A stretch of DNA of 64,000 bases from Raja brachyura (lineage: Eukaryota). The notes under the pieces were generated by a model. The model ran no database searches, was not told where the DNA came from, and saw only the letters and a program-made list of their open reading frames with translations. The stretch is taken from NCBI GenBank assembly GCA_963514005.1, contig OY740820.1, positions 23,188,001 through 23,252,000 of the forward strand. Reading direction: 5' to 3'. A program made the translations under genes and the position numbers. Of this stretch, positions 24,994 to 38,515 are shown piece by piece (position 1 is the stretch's first letter; each line of letters begins with the position of its first letter).

Positions 24994-25204
24994 ATGAATG
25001 TTCTTCATCTTGGTGAATTCAAAATTCATAACTAAGTGAAAAATAAAATGATATTTGAAATGAGAACTATTTATGCTTTAAGAAGTGTTTAGACAACAGG
25101 AATTCTGTATTAAGGAGGTGAATGAAAAGAGCTTGGTGTTTGTTTATGTTCTGCCTGAATCAGAATTGAATTCAAAACTACAATAGTGTTTCATGTATGC
25201 GGCT

Positions 25205-25575
25205 GTCATAAGTTCATAAGTGATAGGAACAGAATTATGCCATTCGGCCCATCAAGTCTACGCCGCCATTCAATCATGGCTAATCTATCTCTTCCTCTTA
25301 ACCCCATTCTCCTGCCTCCTTCCCATAACCATTGACACCCGTACTAATCAAGAATCTATCTATCTCTGCCTTAAAAACTAGTAAAAACTTAAATTGACTA
25401 GTCCTCCATGGCCTTCTGTGGCAAAGAATTTCACAACCCTCTGACTAAAGACATTCCTCCTCATCTCCTTCCTAAAGGAACGTCCTTTATTTCTGAGGCT
25501 ACAACTTCTGGTCCTAGACTCTCCCACTAATGGAAACATCCTCTCCACATCCACTCTATCCAAACCTTTCGCTAT
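25205..25575 (-). mobile_element. CR1 LINE 3' fragment
   Basis: GLDRVDVERMFPLVGESRTR..FSQRVV (ORF 25378..25590). Confidence 0.85.
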
Positions 25576-26822
25576 TCGTACACTGTACATTGTGTAAACA
25601 TCTGAATTCTATTAATGCTAGATGATAAAGGCAGGAAATGCTGGAAATGTGCATTGCATCTGTTAAGAATCTTGGAAAAAAATGCTGATTTGGATTGCAG
25701 CTCATAATAAAGTTTAGGGATTTCCTTTTATGAGGCTTGTTATTTTTTTAAAGTTATGAGCTATGGTTGTTGCACAAACTGAGAGTGGATTATGAATTTG
25801 GCAATACTTGTGTTTATTTTGTGTAATAATATCTGTGAATATGAAGTTCACAATAATACTGTTCATTCTTCTAAACATATTTCAAAATATTCTGAGAGCT
25901 ACTTAGCAAATATGTGACTGATTTATTCATTAGATTTGAACTGTGCTTTGGCAAGCTTGAATTATTTTTCAGTTTTTTATGACATATGGTGGGAGTGATT
26001 CCATTTTACTTTGATATTCTTTATAAAGTATATATCACAGCAGGAATTCTTGAAAAGGAAAGAGTTTAGCATATTTTCTCTGACTGGCACATTAAAAATC
26101 ACGAAGCAAGATCATGAGGCGTGTTACAAATGTATGGGCATTTCATGAACTTAGGAACTTGCAAGTACTACTGTCTTACCAAACTCTTCAGGGGAAAATT
26201 GATGCTTTCCCACTAAAATCTAGGATGTTAATAAACGTAGAGAATGCGGCAAATATTTAGTAAGTCAGACAACATCTTTGGAGTGAAAAATATCTCAGAT
26301 GTTGCGTTGATCAGAGGAGAGAAGTTAGAAATCGCAGCTGGTTGAACTTGCAGAGAAACAGCAAGGGTGGAATGCCTATAGAGTGACGATCGAGTGATTA
26401 TGAGGTGATGGTGAATGCTTATTAACCATAGATAGTCTGGAAAAGAGGAATGAAATGAGAGGAGAGCATAGTTCAAAGCAGTGAGTTTGTGTTTAGATTG
26501 AAGTTTAAGCCCAAAAATCAATATTCATTACAATTGTTTGAATTTTAAAATGTGACACTATTTATTGGCAATTTGTGTATTGAGCATCATTTTTCTCACA
26601 CTTCCCTCTTTTAATTGGCTCAAGTTGAGCTTTGACTGTGAGCCAAAGTCAGACCTGAGATTTGGTTCAGCTCTGGGAATCTCTGGTTGCCTTACTTGTT
26701 AGCCCTCCTATAGTCTGCTGCTCTAAAGAGAATATTCATTTATTCCCATCAATTCTTTAAAGAAAATAATGGCTTATTCTGTACCACGGTATATCACCGT
26801 TGCCACACTACCCAAAACACAT

Positions 26823-27043
26823 TGTTAAAGAAGGAACTGCAGATGCTGGAGAATCGAGGGTTACACAAAAAGCTGGCGAAACTCAGCGGGTGCAGCAGCA
26901 TCTAAGGAGCGAAGGAGATAGGCGACGTTTCGGTTCGAGACCCTTCTTCAGACTGAAGGGTCTCGACCCGAAACGTCGCCTATCTCCTTCGCTCCTTAGA
27001 TGCTGCTGCACCCGCTGAGTTTCTCCAGCTTTTTGTGTAACCC
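26823..27043. mobile_element. Penelope-like element, near-perfect fold-back (89-bp arms)
   Basis: Arms 26858-26946 and 26955-27043 with 2 mismatches; acccaaaacaca duplicated at 26810-26821 and 27040-27051; hammerhead core on minus strand 26924-26951. Confidence 0.85.
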
Positions 27044-27527
27044 AAAACACAGTGACTTGTGCTGAACCTTGAGTTCATAGAATCGTAGAACACTTACGGC
27101 ACAGGAGGAGACCATTGTTTCTCAATTCTTCCTCTCAAACTGCATGACCTCATTTCTCTGCATTATATTTCCTCTGCCATATGTCTATCTGTTGGCATCT
27201 CCATTCTCACAGTTCTCAGTGCTGCCAAGTTTTATGTCATTTGGAAATTTGGAAATTGTGTTTTGACATCATCATACTTGTGGGGTATTAAACCTTGAGC
27301 ATGAACAGGCTGTTGGGTAATTGGTGGCATCCCAGCCAAGAGAGGCTGTCTTAAAAACATTTACACAAAATATTTTGTTACTTTGGATGCAGGTACTGTA
27401 AAAGCTACTTTCCTATAATTGCAGTGTTAATCTGCCTCATGTTGCCTAATAAAGCAATTGACAAAAGAATAATGAGCAAATAATTTGCACCTTCCATAAC
27501 AGGTCACAAATCAAGAGCATTGTGTTA

Positions 27528-28181
27528 GACGCAAAATGCTGGAGTAACTCAGTGGGTCAGGCAGTATATCTGGATAGAAGGAATGGGTGACGTTTCTGAT
27601 CGAGACCCTTCTTCAGATTGAGAGTCGGAAGAGGGAGGCACTCAATCTGCCAAAAACTACCTGATCTCCTGGTTGCTAAACACTTTAACTCCTCCTCCCA
27701 TTCCCACACTGACCTTTCTGCCGTAGGCCCCCTCCACTGTCAGAGTGAGGCCCAGCGCAAATTGGAGGAACAGCACCTCATATTTCGCTTGGGCCGCTTG
27801 CACCCCAGCGGTATGGATATTGACTTCTCTAACCAAGTAACCCTTACTTTCCCTCTCTCTCCATCCCTCCCCCTTTCTAGTTCTCTGACCAATCTGTGTC
27901 CCCTTGATTAAAATGTATTTCTGTATGCTTTGTTGTCACCTTCTCCTCGTTAACAATGATCTATTCCACATTTTCCTTGAACTTTGTCCCCTTTGATGTC
28001 TCATTTTCACAAACCATTTCTGATCTCTGTGCCTCCCTCTCCCCTGACTCTCTGAATAAGGGTCTCGACCCAAAACATCACCCATTCCTTCTATCCAGAG
28101 ATGCTGCCTGTCCTGCTGAGTTACTCGAGTATTTTGTATCTATCTTCGGTGTAAACCAGCGTCTGCAGTTCCTTCCTACAC
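27528..28181 (+). mobile_element. Penelope-like element 3' fragment: inverted pLTR segment + GIY-YIG endonuclease C-terminus + 3' UTR/pLTR
   Basis: ORF 27618..27911 LVAKHFNSSSHSHTDL...RKLEEQHLIFRLGRLHPSGMDIDF resembles the PLE GIY-YIG C-terminus; 16-bp TSD caagagcattg(t/c)gtta at 27512-27527 and 28181-28196. Confidence 0.85.
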
Positions 28182-30249
28182 AAGAGCATTGCGTTAATCT
28201 ATTTGTTTCCATCTTTTCTCACAATCAGGGGCAACAAGCCTAGTTCCTGCTATCCTGGGTTGGGGTCACAACACAAAGTGAACCTCACCTTTGTTGCTCT
28301 TTATGTGAGCAGTTGAGCATGTATGCTATTCTCAGCACTGGAATGTCTGCATTTCTTGCAAGTATGGTCTGCAGAGAGGGCTTTTCTATGAACATGAGAG
28401 ATCAGAGCTCAAGTGTTCAGAAAGCTGGCGTGATTGGTCTTATTCAGTGATGCAGCTTGGCATAGTTTTAGTTTGGACCTATTTTTGAATCAATAGCTGT
28501 TTAATATTTCATAACTTCCATTTAATTTCACCAGGACTAACCCAGTTACAACAATACTGTTCATGTCCATTTTTAAATACTGGGTTACGTGGCGAGAACT
28601 TGAAGCAAACCTTGAGCTATGAAGTTCAGCCTGCAGTGACCATCTGGGAAATTTGATTGTAACAAAATCAGAAATTATATTAATTGAGTTCTTATGATGG
28701 TGCATATTCTGGGTGTTTGCGAATGGCGAGAGGCTGTTAAATTAACATGGAGATAGATTGTAAAAGTGTAAACTGATCTCACTGTATTGCTAACTCAGTT
28801 CTGAAATGTCTTCATAATTGCTTTGGTGAAGACATACACTTGTGATTTATTGTGCATCCTTTTAGTTGCTTAGTAACCTTATTAATCATACAGCTGCTTC
28901 CTGTGTGACTTCATTCGGAACATATGGGATTGCCAGCAGAATAATAAAAAAATCTTGGGCTCTCTACTCCCAGTTATTGTAGTGTGAATAAACCTTTCAA
29001 TTCGTCTAAATATTAGGAATGAAATCTGCACCGAGCAGGAAATTATTTATTTTGTTGCCCTATATTTAGATTAGAGTTGTTCACTGTTGTTCAGCAGACT
29101 AATTCCTTCGATCACCTATGGGACTTCTAAAATTAATAAATTCTCTTTCATGTTCAAATTATCATCCCTACCCACCCCGTGCACCTTAAACTCCACATTT
29201 ACAAATCCCTACAGTGATCAATACTGGGACCTCAGTTGTTTGTGATATATGTAAGTGACGGATGAAAGTGTGATTAGTAATTTGCAGTTGACACACAAGT
29301 TGTAGATGCAGACAGTGAAGAAAGGGTGAGAGGTTACACCAAGATAAATCTCTGAAATTAAAACTAGACAAAATCTGATCGAACCCAGTTTAAGAACTAC
29401 AAATTTAAATCCTTTTGTCACACGGTATCTCTGTTATTCTTCATGTTAAAGTGTTGAGTATTTTCATCATTTGCATTTCATATTTTTTGTTCTATTGATT
29501 TCAGATTTTCATTGTTAAACTGAGAATGCTAAAGGTTATCATAGAACTGTTTTTTATATTTTTGCTAAGGTTGTAAAGAATCGCATTTAATATATGTACT
29601 TGGCCGATTCAATTTTACATCTTCCAGTTTAATTTAACAAGTCAAAACATGAATGGGTTTTGGTATGGCATTGCCACTGCCTCAGTATGTCTGTGTGTTC
29701 AAGTCATTACATTTATTACAATGAGAATGATAGCAGAATTATTTTAATTTGAATTTGAGTTTTTCTGAGGAATAGGTGACAAAGGCAGAGAAAGGACGAT
29801 TATTAAAGTCTGCAGAGGCTTAATCAGTAGTGATTAGGTCTCTAATGTTTTATATCATCCACGGAAATGCAGTAATCATAATCTTACATTCAAGAAAATA
29901 AATGAACAGATTAAAACAAATAAAACCTGAAGCGTTTGGAAACACGTGGCAGGTCGGCAGTATCTTTGGGGCGGAAAAGCATAGCTAACAGTTCACAGTG
30001 CAATTTCATAAGAATATTGTGACATATTCCTAAATTCATTGTTTCAATAAAAATGTAACAGACCCTTATTAAAATCGGAAGCCAGTCGATAAGGGTGATG
30101 AATCAACATTAATCTACTTTTGGTCTTTCTCATTTTGATGAGCCGGCAGGGTACTTCAGTTACGTCCTTTATTTTGTGTTGGATCTGTGAAAAGGTGGGC
30201 TTTATTTTTATTTTTACCACTGACGTTTTTTTCTCTTTGTTTTGCACAG

Positions 30250-30393
30250 TGACCTACAGGGCATAAGCTGGAATGGAAGAACAAGTGTCCCGACTACAAG
30301 GCTCAACCCTAGCCATTCCTTGATTGACGATGAAGGCATTTTTCTAAGTTCTGCCAGCACTAAGCTTTTGGAAAGAGCTCACGGTATTCTAAT
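30250..30393 (+). CDS. MYO9A: MYO9A exon G (loop 2): DLQGISWNGRTSVPTTRLNPSHSLIDDEGIFLSSASTKLLERAHGIL(M)
   Basis: cacag| acceptor after strong pyrimidine tract, AT|gtaagt donor, 144 nt, phase 2/2. Confidence 0.93.
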
Positions 30394-31859
30394 GTAAGTA
30401 TACAGTTCTGTATCCATCCTAAAAGTGCAAATAATTTTTGGATTGAGACTTAACTGCATCTGTTTTACTGCAATAATGCAGAACCTTGGTGAGACCACAC
30501 CAGGAGTCTGCAGAAGGATCCATCCCAAAACAGCATCTGTCTATTTCCCTCTACAGATGCTGCCTGACTTGCCGAGTTTCTCCAGCACTTTGCTTTTTAG
30601 AGAGGAAAAAAAACATACCATAGAGCCTCAGCAAAAAAAAATCACTGGTCAGGTTCCTGGTGTGTTTCGTGTATGGGAATAAATTGATTAATCAAAACCT
30701 GTATTTTCTCTCTCGAGTTTTGAATAATGAACGGTAATATCTTTGAAGCGTACAGGTCTGTATGCAAGCAGGTTGTTTTCCATGGCTGAGGAGCCCAGAA
30801 CTAGTGCTCACAGTGTGAGAAGAAGGGATAGGCCATCGAGGACTGACATGAGGAAAAGCCTTCAGTCACAGGATGATGTAACTTAGGAAAAAAGCCACAA
30901 AGTGCTGGAGTAACTCAGCAGGTCAGGCAGTATCTTAGTAGAATATGGATAGGCAATGAATATGGATAGGCCTTCCATATGCCTACATGAATCTTAGGAA
31001 TTCTCCATTCTGCATCTGTTGAGGCGTATTTAATTCAGGCAGAACTGAGACTAATAGATCTCTGGACATTCATGAAACGGGGATCTGGTGCGAGTGCAGG
31101 AAAAGAGGCTGAAATGGAGGATTAGCCATGAAGTTGATAAATGATGGAACAGGTTCGAAGAGACAAAGAGCCTCCTCTTAATCTGATTTCCACGTCTACT
31201 TTGTAGGCTCTCTTTTAACCATGAATGTATATGAAATGTCTTTTTGTACGACTTTACTGCTGCATCCAATAAATGTTTGCTATTTTTAATTTAATCAAGA
31301 ATTGCTATGACATACTGCAATTTGATATCTCCAGATCAAGGAGACAGGGAGGAAAAAAACCACGCCCTGCTTCTAAATGTTAGAAAGTGCGTGATGTTCT
31401 GCGTTTTATAACGGAAAACCTTGCCAATACAAAACAAGATCGTCATCAATAGGAGATCAATGCCTGTGGAAATGTAGGAAAGCAAATGTTGCAGCCTTCA
31501 GGAATGGGAAATGGAAAGTAACGTTGGAGAGAGAGATTTAGCAATAGTCAAATATTAGCAATCGCCTGAGGTTTTCAGGAAGGCTGTATTACTGTAGATC
31601 TGATGCATTACATCATGGATTCAGACTCTATTGGCAGGGCTCCTCCACATTGTCAGTATGCTTTATTACTTTTTGGGTTGTGAGACTATCAAGAAATCAT
31701 ACAGTGCCTCTCCGTGCTATATCTTCCGTGTATTATATTTCTGAGGAGATGTGTGGAAGTCATTGCATGTCTAAAGTCAGAAACTAAATGATGCTCCAAC
31801 ATCATGAAAAATGGGGAATTCTTGAAGCTTGTACATGAGGTGACTAATTCCAAATGTAG

Positions 31860-32740
31860 AGTCATAGAGTTGTACAGCACAGAAATGGGTCCCCCAGCGT
31901 CCAGCCCAACTCATCTATACTGACCAAGATGTCCCATCTAAGCTCATCCCATTTGCCTGTGTTTGGTCTATATCCCTCCAAACCATATAACCATATAACA
32001 ATTACAGCACGGAAACAGGCCTTCTCGGCCCTTCCAGTCCGTGCCGACCATTTATTTTCCCCTAGTCCCATCTACCTGCACTCAGACCATACCCCTCCAT
32101 TCCCTTCCCGTCCATATCCACTTTACTTTTAAATGTTACAATTGATCCTGCCTCCACCACTTCTGCTGGAAGATCATTCCACACAGCCACTACTCTCTGA
32201 GTAAAGAAGTTCCCCCTCATGTTACCCCTAAACTTCTGTCCCTTAATTCTCATGTCATGCCCTCTTGTTTGAATCTTCCCTACTCTCCATGGGAAAAGCT
32301 TATCCACGTCAACTCTGTCTATCCCTTTCATCATTTTAAAGACCTCAATCAAGTCACCCTGAACCTTCTGCGCTCCAAAGAATAAAGACCCAACTTGTTG
32401 AACCTTTCTCTATAACTTAGTTGCTAGAACCCAGGCAACATTCTAGTAAACCTCCTCTGTACTCTCTCTATTTTGTTGACATCCTTCCTATAATTAGGCG
32501 ACCAAAATTGTACACTATACTCCAGAATTGGTCTCACCAATGCCTTGTACAACCTTTCCCATCCATGTACCTATCCAAATGTATTTTATATGTTGTTATT
32601 GTACCTGCCTCAACTACTTACTCTAAGCTTGTTCCATATATCTGTGTGAAAATATCTCTCAGGTTATTGTTAAATCCTTTCCCTCTCACCCACCTTAATC
32701 CTATGGCCTCTAGTTCTAGATTGCTTTATCATGAGAAAAA
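31860..32740 (-). mobile_element. Younger CR1 (about 31983-32552) nested in an older CR1 tail
   Basis: MIEVFKMMKGIDRVD..TRGH..FFTQRVVAVWN (ORF 32062..32352); host sequence resumes at tttcccatccatgtacc. Confidence 0.8.
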
Positions 32741-33070
32741 CACTGCATTCAAATTGCTAACATTTCTTATGAATGTTTTATTTATGTAAACAAAACAATT
32801 GTACACATTAATCCAAAATACTAACTGTGTGTAAGAATTTCCATTGGCCATAGTGCAGTTTGTGCATTCACCTGTTTCACGCACTCAAGCTTGGGAAATC
32901 TTTCTGATGTCGATATATTCAGATGTGTTTTGTCCAAATTGTGTTATTATGACTATCCTAACAAGTGTGAAGAAACCCAGTGTGGTGGTTGATTTAATGT
33001 CACTGATGATGTCTGACCACAGTAGCAAATTGTTGTGTGCTGATTGCAACCCCTTTTGTTCTTTTACTAG

Positions 33071-33110
33071 GAGGAGTAAGAACACAAAAGCCAAACCAGT
33101 TTTGCCAAAG
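33071..33110 (+). CDS. MYO9A: MYO9A exon H (loop 2, 40 nt): RSKNTKAKPVLPK
   Basis: actag| acceptor, AAG|gtgaga donor, phase 2/0. Confidence 0.92.
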
Positions 33111-33302
33111 GTGAGAATGTGTACTGATGTTACTGATGTGTGCTGATTATCTTGGCCTATGCATGATGATCACAATGTGATTGTAAATTATGTTTGTGCA
33201 CAGAGAGTTTTGATTTACTAAAATGACTGTTGTGAGAAATCGTTAAAGTATCAAACGAGTCTCCTGAATTTCATAAATGATTGGAGCAGAATTAGGTAAT
33301 TC

Positions 33303-34310
33303 AATAGACAATAGGTGCAGGAGTAGGCAATTCGGCCCTTCAGATTCAGATTCAATTTTAATTGTCATTGTCAGTGTACAGTACAGAGACAACGAAATGC
33401 ATTATGCATTTCAAGCCAACACCGCCATTCACTATGATCATGGCTGATCATCCACATATTCCACCGGGTGGCACCGTCAGCGATGGCAGCTTCACCAACG
33501 GTCTGTCTGTCTTTTCGGCTTTTTTGTTATTTTCAGTGTGTTTTAAAAGTATGTGTTCATGTTTTCTGGTTTGTTTTATGTGGGGGGTGGGAGAGGGGGT
33601 CGGAGGAAACTTTATTTTTCGATCTCTTTCCTTGCCGGAGATCCGATTGTTTTCCGGATCGTATCTCCGGTCGCTCTGCGGCCTAACATCATGGAGCTGG
33701 TGGCCTTGCTCGAGACTGACTTTGAGCCCCACCGCGGGGCCGTGGACTTGCCATCGGAGCCTGCGATCCCTTGCCTGGAATCAACGCACAAACAGTGGCC
33801 TGCAGATTTCAACATCGAGGAGCTCGCAGTCTCGGGTAGAGACTGATGTCAGGAAGCTCCAAAGCCGCAGAAAGTTCGACTAGCCCGGTCCCGCGGTCTG
33901 GACTCCCCCAACATCGGGAACATGTTTCCTGCCTCTAGTGTATCCAATCCCTTAATAATCTTATATGTTTCAATAAGATCACCTCTCATCCTTCTAAATT
34001 CCAGTGTATACAAGCCCAGCTGCTCTATTCTTTCAACATATGACAGTCCCGCCATCCTGGGAATTAACCTTGTGAACCAACGCTGCACTCCCTCAATAGC
34101 AAGAATGTCCTTCCTCAAATTTGGAGATCAAAACTGCACACAATACTCCAGGTGTGGTCACACCAGGGCCCTGTACAACTGGACTTCTTTGCTCCTATAC
34201 TCAACTCTTCTTGATATGAAGGCCAACATGCCATTAGCTTTCTTCACTGCCTACTGTACCTGCTTGCTTACTTTCAGTGAGTGATGTACAAGGACACCCA
34301 GATCTCGTTT
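33303..34310 (-). mobile_element. Young CR1 3' fragment interrupted by a Rex-like tail (33341-33402) and a GC-rich element (about 33460-33897), itself nested in another CR1 tail
   Basis: ORF 33849..34118 nearly identical to part of ORF 46219..47016. Confidence 0.8.
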
Positions 34311-35035
34311 TTCGTCCCATTACGTCTACTCCGCCATTCAATCATGGCTAATGTATTTTCCCCTCTCAACCCAATTTTCCTGCTATCTCCCGATAGCCCC
34401 TGACACCCGTTCCAATCAAGATTCTATCTCTGCCTTAAAAGTATCTATTGACTTGGACTTCGCAGCCTTCTGTGGCAATGAGTTCCACAGATTTCCACAT
34501 TGCAATGAAATTTCGTTCAGACTGAAAGGATATTTTGTTTCTCTACCCCCCCCCCCCTCCTTTCTTTACCTCTGACGAGCATCCCATGTCTACACCACTA
34601 ACTGGGTGCTGATTTGAATCTGTAGCCAGTAAGAGGAACAGTGTAAGTTGTGGCAGTAAAGCTGCAAATGATTCATAGTCAGTGTTGGATGATGAACACA
34701 CTGTTATTTTTGAGTTGGCAAACAGCTTCCCTCCTTTCAACTCAGTTACCAAAGATGGAAACTTACAGGCTTGCTGATGAGTGAAACGTGCCAGTTCATT
34801 CAGCAGTTCATATCGGTTCTGCCCAGCTTTACTAATGTTTACTGAATAAACTGCTGCATTGGACATGGAGTTTATTTTCACGCTCTTTATTGATTGGCTT
34901 TATGGTGTGCGTGCACTCGGTGGGCTGAAGGGCCTGTTTCCGCGCTGCATCTCTGATTGCAAGCCGTGCAGATGGTTAGGTTAATCAGCAACTGTAAATT
35001 GACATTTGTGTGTGGTGAGGGGTAAGATCTGAGAT

Positions 35036-35215
35036 GAAACATAGAAACATAGAAATTAGGTGCAGGAGGAGGCCATTCGGCCCTTCGAGCCTGCACCGCC
35101 ATTCAATATGATCATGGCTGATCATCCAACTCTGTATCCTGTACCTGCCTTCTCTCCATACCCTCTGATCCCCTTAGCCACAAGGGCCACATCTAACTCC
35201 CTCTTAAATATAGCA
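35036..35215 (-). mobile_element. CR1 3' tail inserted in a V-SINE remnant
   Basis: (gaaacata)n tail; near-identical to reverse complement of 46935-47115. Confidence 0.85.
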
Positions 35216-35719
35216 AGTGAGGGGAACGTAGGGAGAATAGTGTGGGATTGGTGTATGTAGGTGCATGGACATGATGACAAGGAGTCTGGTTCCATTCGGC
35301 GTCCCTTCTTGACTTCTTCCCATGCTGTGGTCAGAAAAGTCCACAAAAATATTCATCAAAGTTTCATTTTGTCTTTAAATAGATTTCAAAACAAAGCTAG
35401 TCTCAGAAAATACCATTACGAAACGACAGTATTATTTATAAACCCACCTGGTTCACGGGCGTATTTTGGGGAAGGAAATCTGCTGTCTTATCTAGTCTGG
35501 GCAACATGAGTTCAGATCTACCCATGTACATAGTTGTCTTTTAAATATCTCATCAGATCAGGATAGTTTGGTGTGGACAGTAAGTTGTGGCATTAGCTGC
35601 AATGTCCACATCTTGTGAATGAATTAGAACATTTCCATCTTTCCCTTGTACTTTCCTTGTGTTATGGTTTGCATATTTCACTAAGATATCAATGATATCT
35701 TACCATTACCATTGGGGCC

Positions 35720-36085
35720 ATGCCCTCTTTTCACTTCTACCATCAGGCATGAGGTACAAAAGTCTCAAATCCCACACCGTCAGAACCGGGAATAATTAGT
35801 TTCCCACAACTATCAGGTTCTTGAACCAACCTACTAATCCGACCTCAACAACAGAACACTGCTCACCTCCTGCACTACCTACGATTTGTTTTTGTTTCAA
35901 TTACATTTTTGCACTAATTTCATTTTTTGCAGTCTTTTCTTTCTTTTAGAATTTCATATATAATTTATTTATAACTTGTTTCTGTGTACATGTCTGAATC
36001 TCCGTGCCTGGGATGCAGCAACAAGTAAGATTTTTCATTGTACCTGTACCACACCGAACGTGGCATATGACAATAAACTTGAACA
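35720..36085 (+). mobile_element. Rex1/Babar-like 3' fragment
   Basis: ggccatgccctcttttcacttctaccatcagg...aggtacaaaagtctcaa; tail tgacaataaacttgaac. Confidence 0.55.
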
Positions 36086-36235
36086 TGTACATAGAATGTA
36101 GTCAATGTCTCTCGCTGATCTTTCCATTCCAACTTACTTGCCGCTAGCACTGATTGAGAACATCTGACATGAGCATTTGTGGCAGTGCTGCCAGCTGTTT
36201 TAAAATGGCACTTTGTGTTTCTCTCCACTTTGCAG

Positions 36236-36358
36236 CACTTATTAGATGTGAAGTCACTGAAGTATCTGGCAAGCCTGACTCTTCATGACCGCATCACCAA
36301 GTCTCTCCTCCACTTGCACAAAAAGAAAAAGCCGCCCAGCATCAGTGCTCAATTCCAG
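36236..36358 (+). CDS. MYO9A: MYO9A exon I: [41 protein letters not shown]
   Basis: tgcag| acceptor, CAG|gtaagt donor, 123 nt. Confidence 0.96.
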
Positions 36359-37306
36359 GTAAGTGGGTTCTTTCCTCTGATTTTCTTTTTGAATATTTTG
36401 CGCTCAATGCTACATCTTCATCGACTAGATCCAGATACTCGTATGTGTTCACTGTGTAGCCAGAAATCCAATGGTTTCTGATAACTCTCTGAATCTTTTT
36501 TGTTTTGGGATTTCTTTCATGCCTGCACATGTAGGTCGTTCACTTAAGAGATTTATAACCTGCCCAACAAACCTCAGGAACATGTAGAAAAAAATAAATA
36601 AACATTGAATGGTATGGATATAATGAGGACTAAAAACATGAAGTCATCATAACTTATTTCTCTTGCACCTTAGCATTCTGTGTGCATTAAATAACCTCAG
36701 CTGGTTGGCTTCTTGCCGCACCATGCCTTGAATAAACCCTTTCTGAGGTGTTTAAAAAGAGTATTTAATTTAGAATTGACATGAGCTGTTGATGTTATCG
36801 TATTCACCTCTTAACTTGAGAAGAGTTCCCCTGTGAGCAATCCCTTGTAAGGTTGACTGATTTACTGAAAGTGCCATTTGTGTGCATTCTAAGTCTATGC
36901 CTTTAAGACAATTCATTTTGGGATTGTAAATCATCCTTCTGTATAACATTTTTTAACCCTTTTTCCACATGCCATGGATATGACTCTTTAAGTAATGTGG
37001 GATGATAGGATTTTTCCCCATTGCTTCCGTTGCCCATTTGTGCATTTTATAAATGACCTCAGTTCTCACTGAGGACAGGGATGTTCTTGGAGTATCCATC
37101 TCCTGTTCATGCCTTTGTTGCTCGTTACCATTCGGCTTTGTATGGGAGGGACCACAGAGCATAGTGCTTCGATTATACTTGCATTTAGTGCAATGCTTTA
37201 TCTTCAGCATAGGAGGTGGATTAATGTCATTCGATTTTTTGTTGTGTACATTTGATCTTGTTGATGGAGTAATTAGTCATTCACAACAATTTCTTTCCTC
37301 ATGCAG

Positions 37307-37387
37307 GCTTCTCTCAATAAGCTCATGGAGACCTTGGGACAGGCAGAGCCTTACTTTGTCAAGTGCATCCGATCAAACGCAGAAAAG
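37307..37387 (+). CDS. MYO9A: MYO9A exon J: [27 protein letters not shown]
   Basis: tgcag| acceptor, AAG|gtcttg donor, 81 nt. Confidence 0.95.
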
Positions 37388-37859
37388 GTCTTGTATCTAT
37401 TCCTCAATTTAATGACAAATTAGTTGAGAAACCAGAATTGAAGACTAAACATGGTAGAACAGGGTAAATTGTACAGATAGGTGATATGGAAATCTGAAAT
37501 AAATGCAGCAATTGCTAGTAATACATGAGGATGGGAAACATCTTTGAAGAGAGCAACATTATAATAAATTTAATTAATTAGAATAATAGTTTGCACTTGC
37601 ATAAAGCCATTAACATCTAAAGAGGTGTCTCAGGGGTGCACTTAAGGCTGCGATTATGGAGCTAAGGAGGGGTAGGGCTAAGTCTGTTATGAGAATGCAT
37701 TTTTTAAATACTGGTGTGGCAGTCTGAAGCATGGTTGGGGGGGGCGGGGGTTTCGAACATGTCACCCTGTTCAACTATTCTGAAATAGAAGTGAGTGGTC
37801 GTGTAATGGATCTTGGTGTGCCCAGTATGCATCTGAAAGTCAGTCTCATTACAAGATGA

Positions 37860-37952
37860 CAGACACAAAATGCTGGAGTAACTCAGCGGGTCAGGCAGCA
37901 TCTCTGGAGAGAAGGAATGGGTGACGTTTCGGGTCGAGACGTTTCTTCAGAC
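37860..37952 (-). mobile_element. Short Penelope-like element copy
   Basis: agacacaaaatgctggagtaactcagc...gacgtttcgggtcgagac..ttcttcaga; attacaagat duplicated (37848-37857, 37959-37968). Confidence 0.8.
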
Positions 37953-38391
37953 AAGGTTATTACAAGATAATTTTGATTGGGCCACATATTGATGAGATAG
38001 AATAAAGATCAAGGATGCAAGTCGGAGAGACCTTGGTGATAATCTGCTGGATCAGCAGCTAAAATGATTGCAGTAAAAAGATAAATAACCAAGAGCAACT
38101 GACTCAAGAATGGGAAGCACAGTTTGTATAGATGGTCTGGTCAACAAAGAGAAAGAGCGCAATGTTGTCAGAATATCGAAGGATGCTCTTCAGAGTTTTG
38201 GTTCGGATTGTTTCAGCAGAAAACCGATTGGAACAATTTAAGAATGAAGCTACAAGTAAAAGAGATGAGCTTGCCTAGTGATGTGACATTCATGGACGAC
38301 AGGAAATAAAACTGGAATTGGTGTGAGGAAATTGTTGTGATGGGATCACTATTAAAGAGAAGGATGCTGTATCAGTTAGCATCTGGAGAGT

Positions 38392-38515
38392 AAATACAAG
38401 GAACTGCAGATGCTGGTTTACAAAAACAGACACAAAGTGCTGGAGTAACTCAGCGGGCCATGCAGTATCTCTGGAGGACATGGATAGGAAACGGTGCGTG
38501 GGGACCCTTCTTTAG
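38392..38515 (-). mobile_element. Short Penelope-like element copy
   Basis: aaggaactgcagatgctgg...; gcatctgga(g/a)agt duplicated on both sides. Confidence 0.7.

Noticed and set aside
26858-27043. microRNA precursor or DNA-transposon MITE
   Set aside because: The arms are multi-copy PLE sequence with asymmetric ends and variable-length TSDs; better explained as a retroelement inversion.
33362-33883. 173-aa ORF and overlapping ORFs
   Set aside because: They span several nested repeats; open frames are explained by local GC richness and show no recognisable domain.
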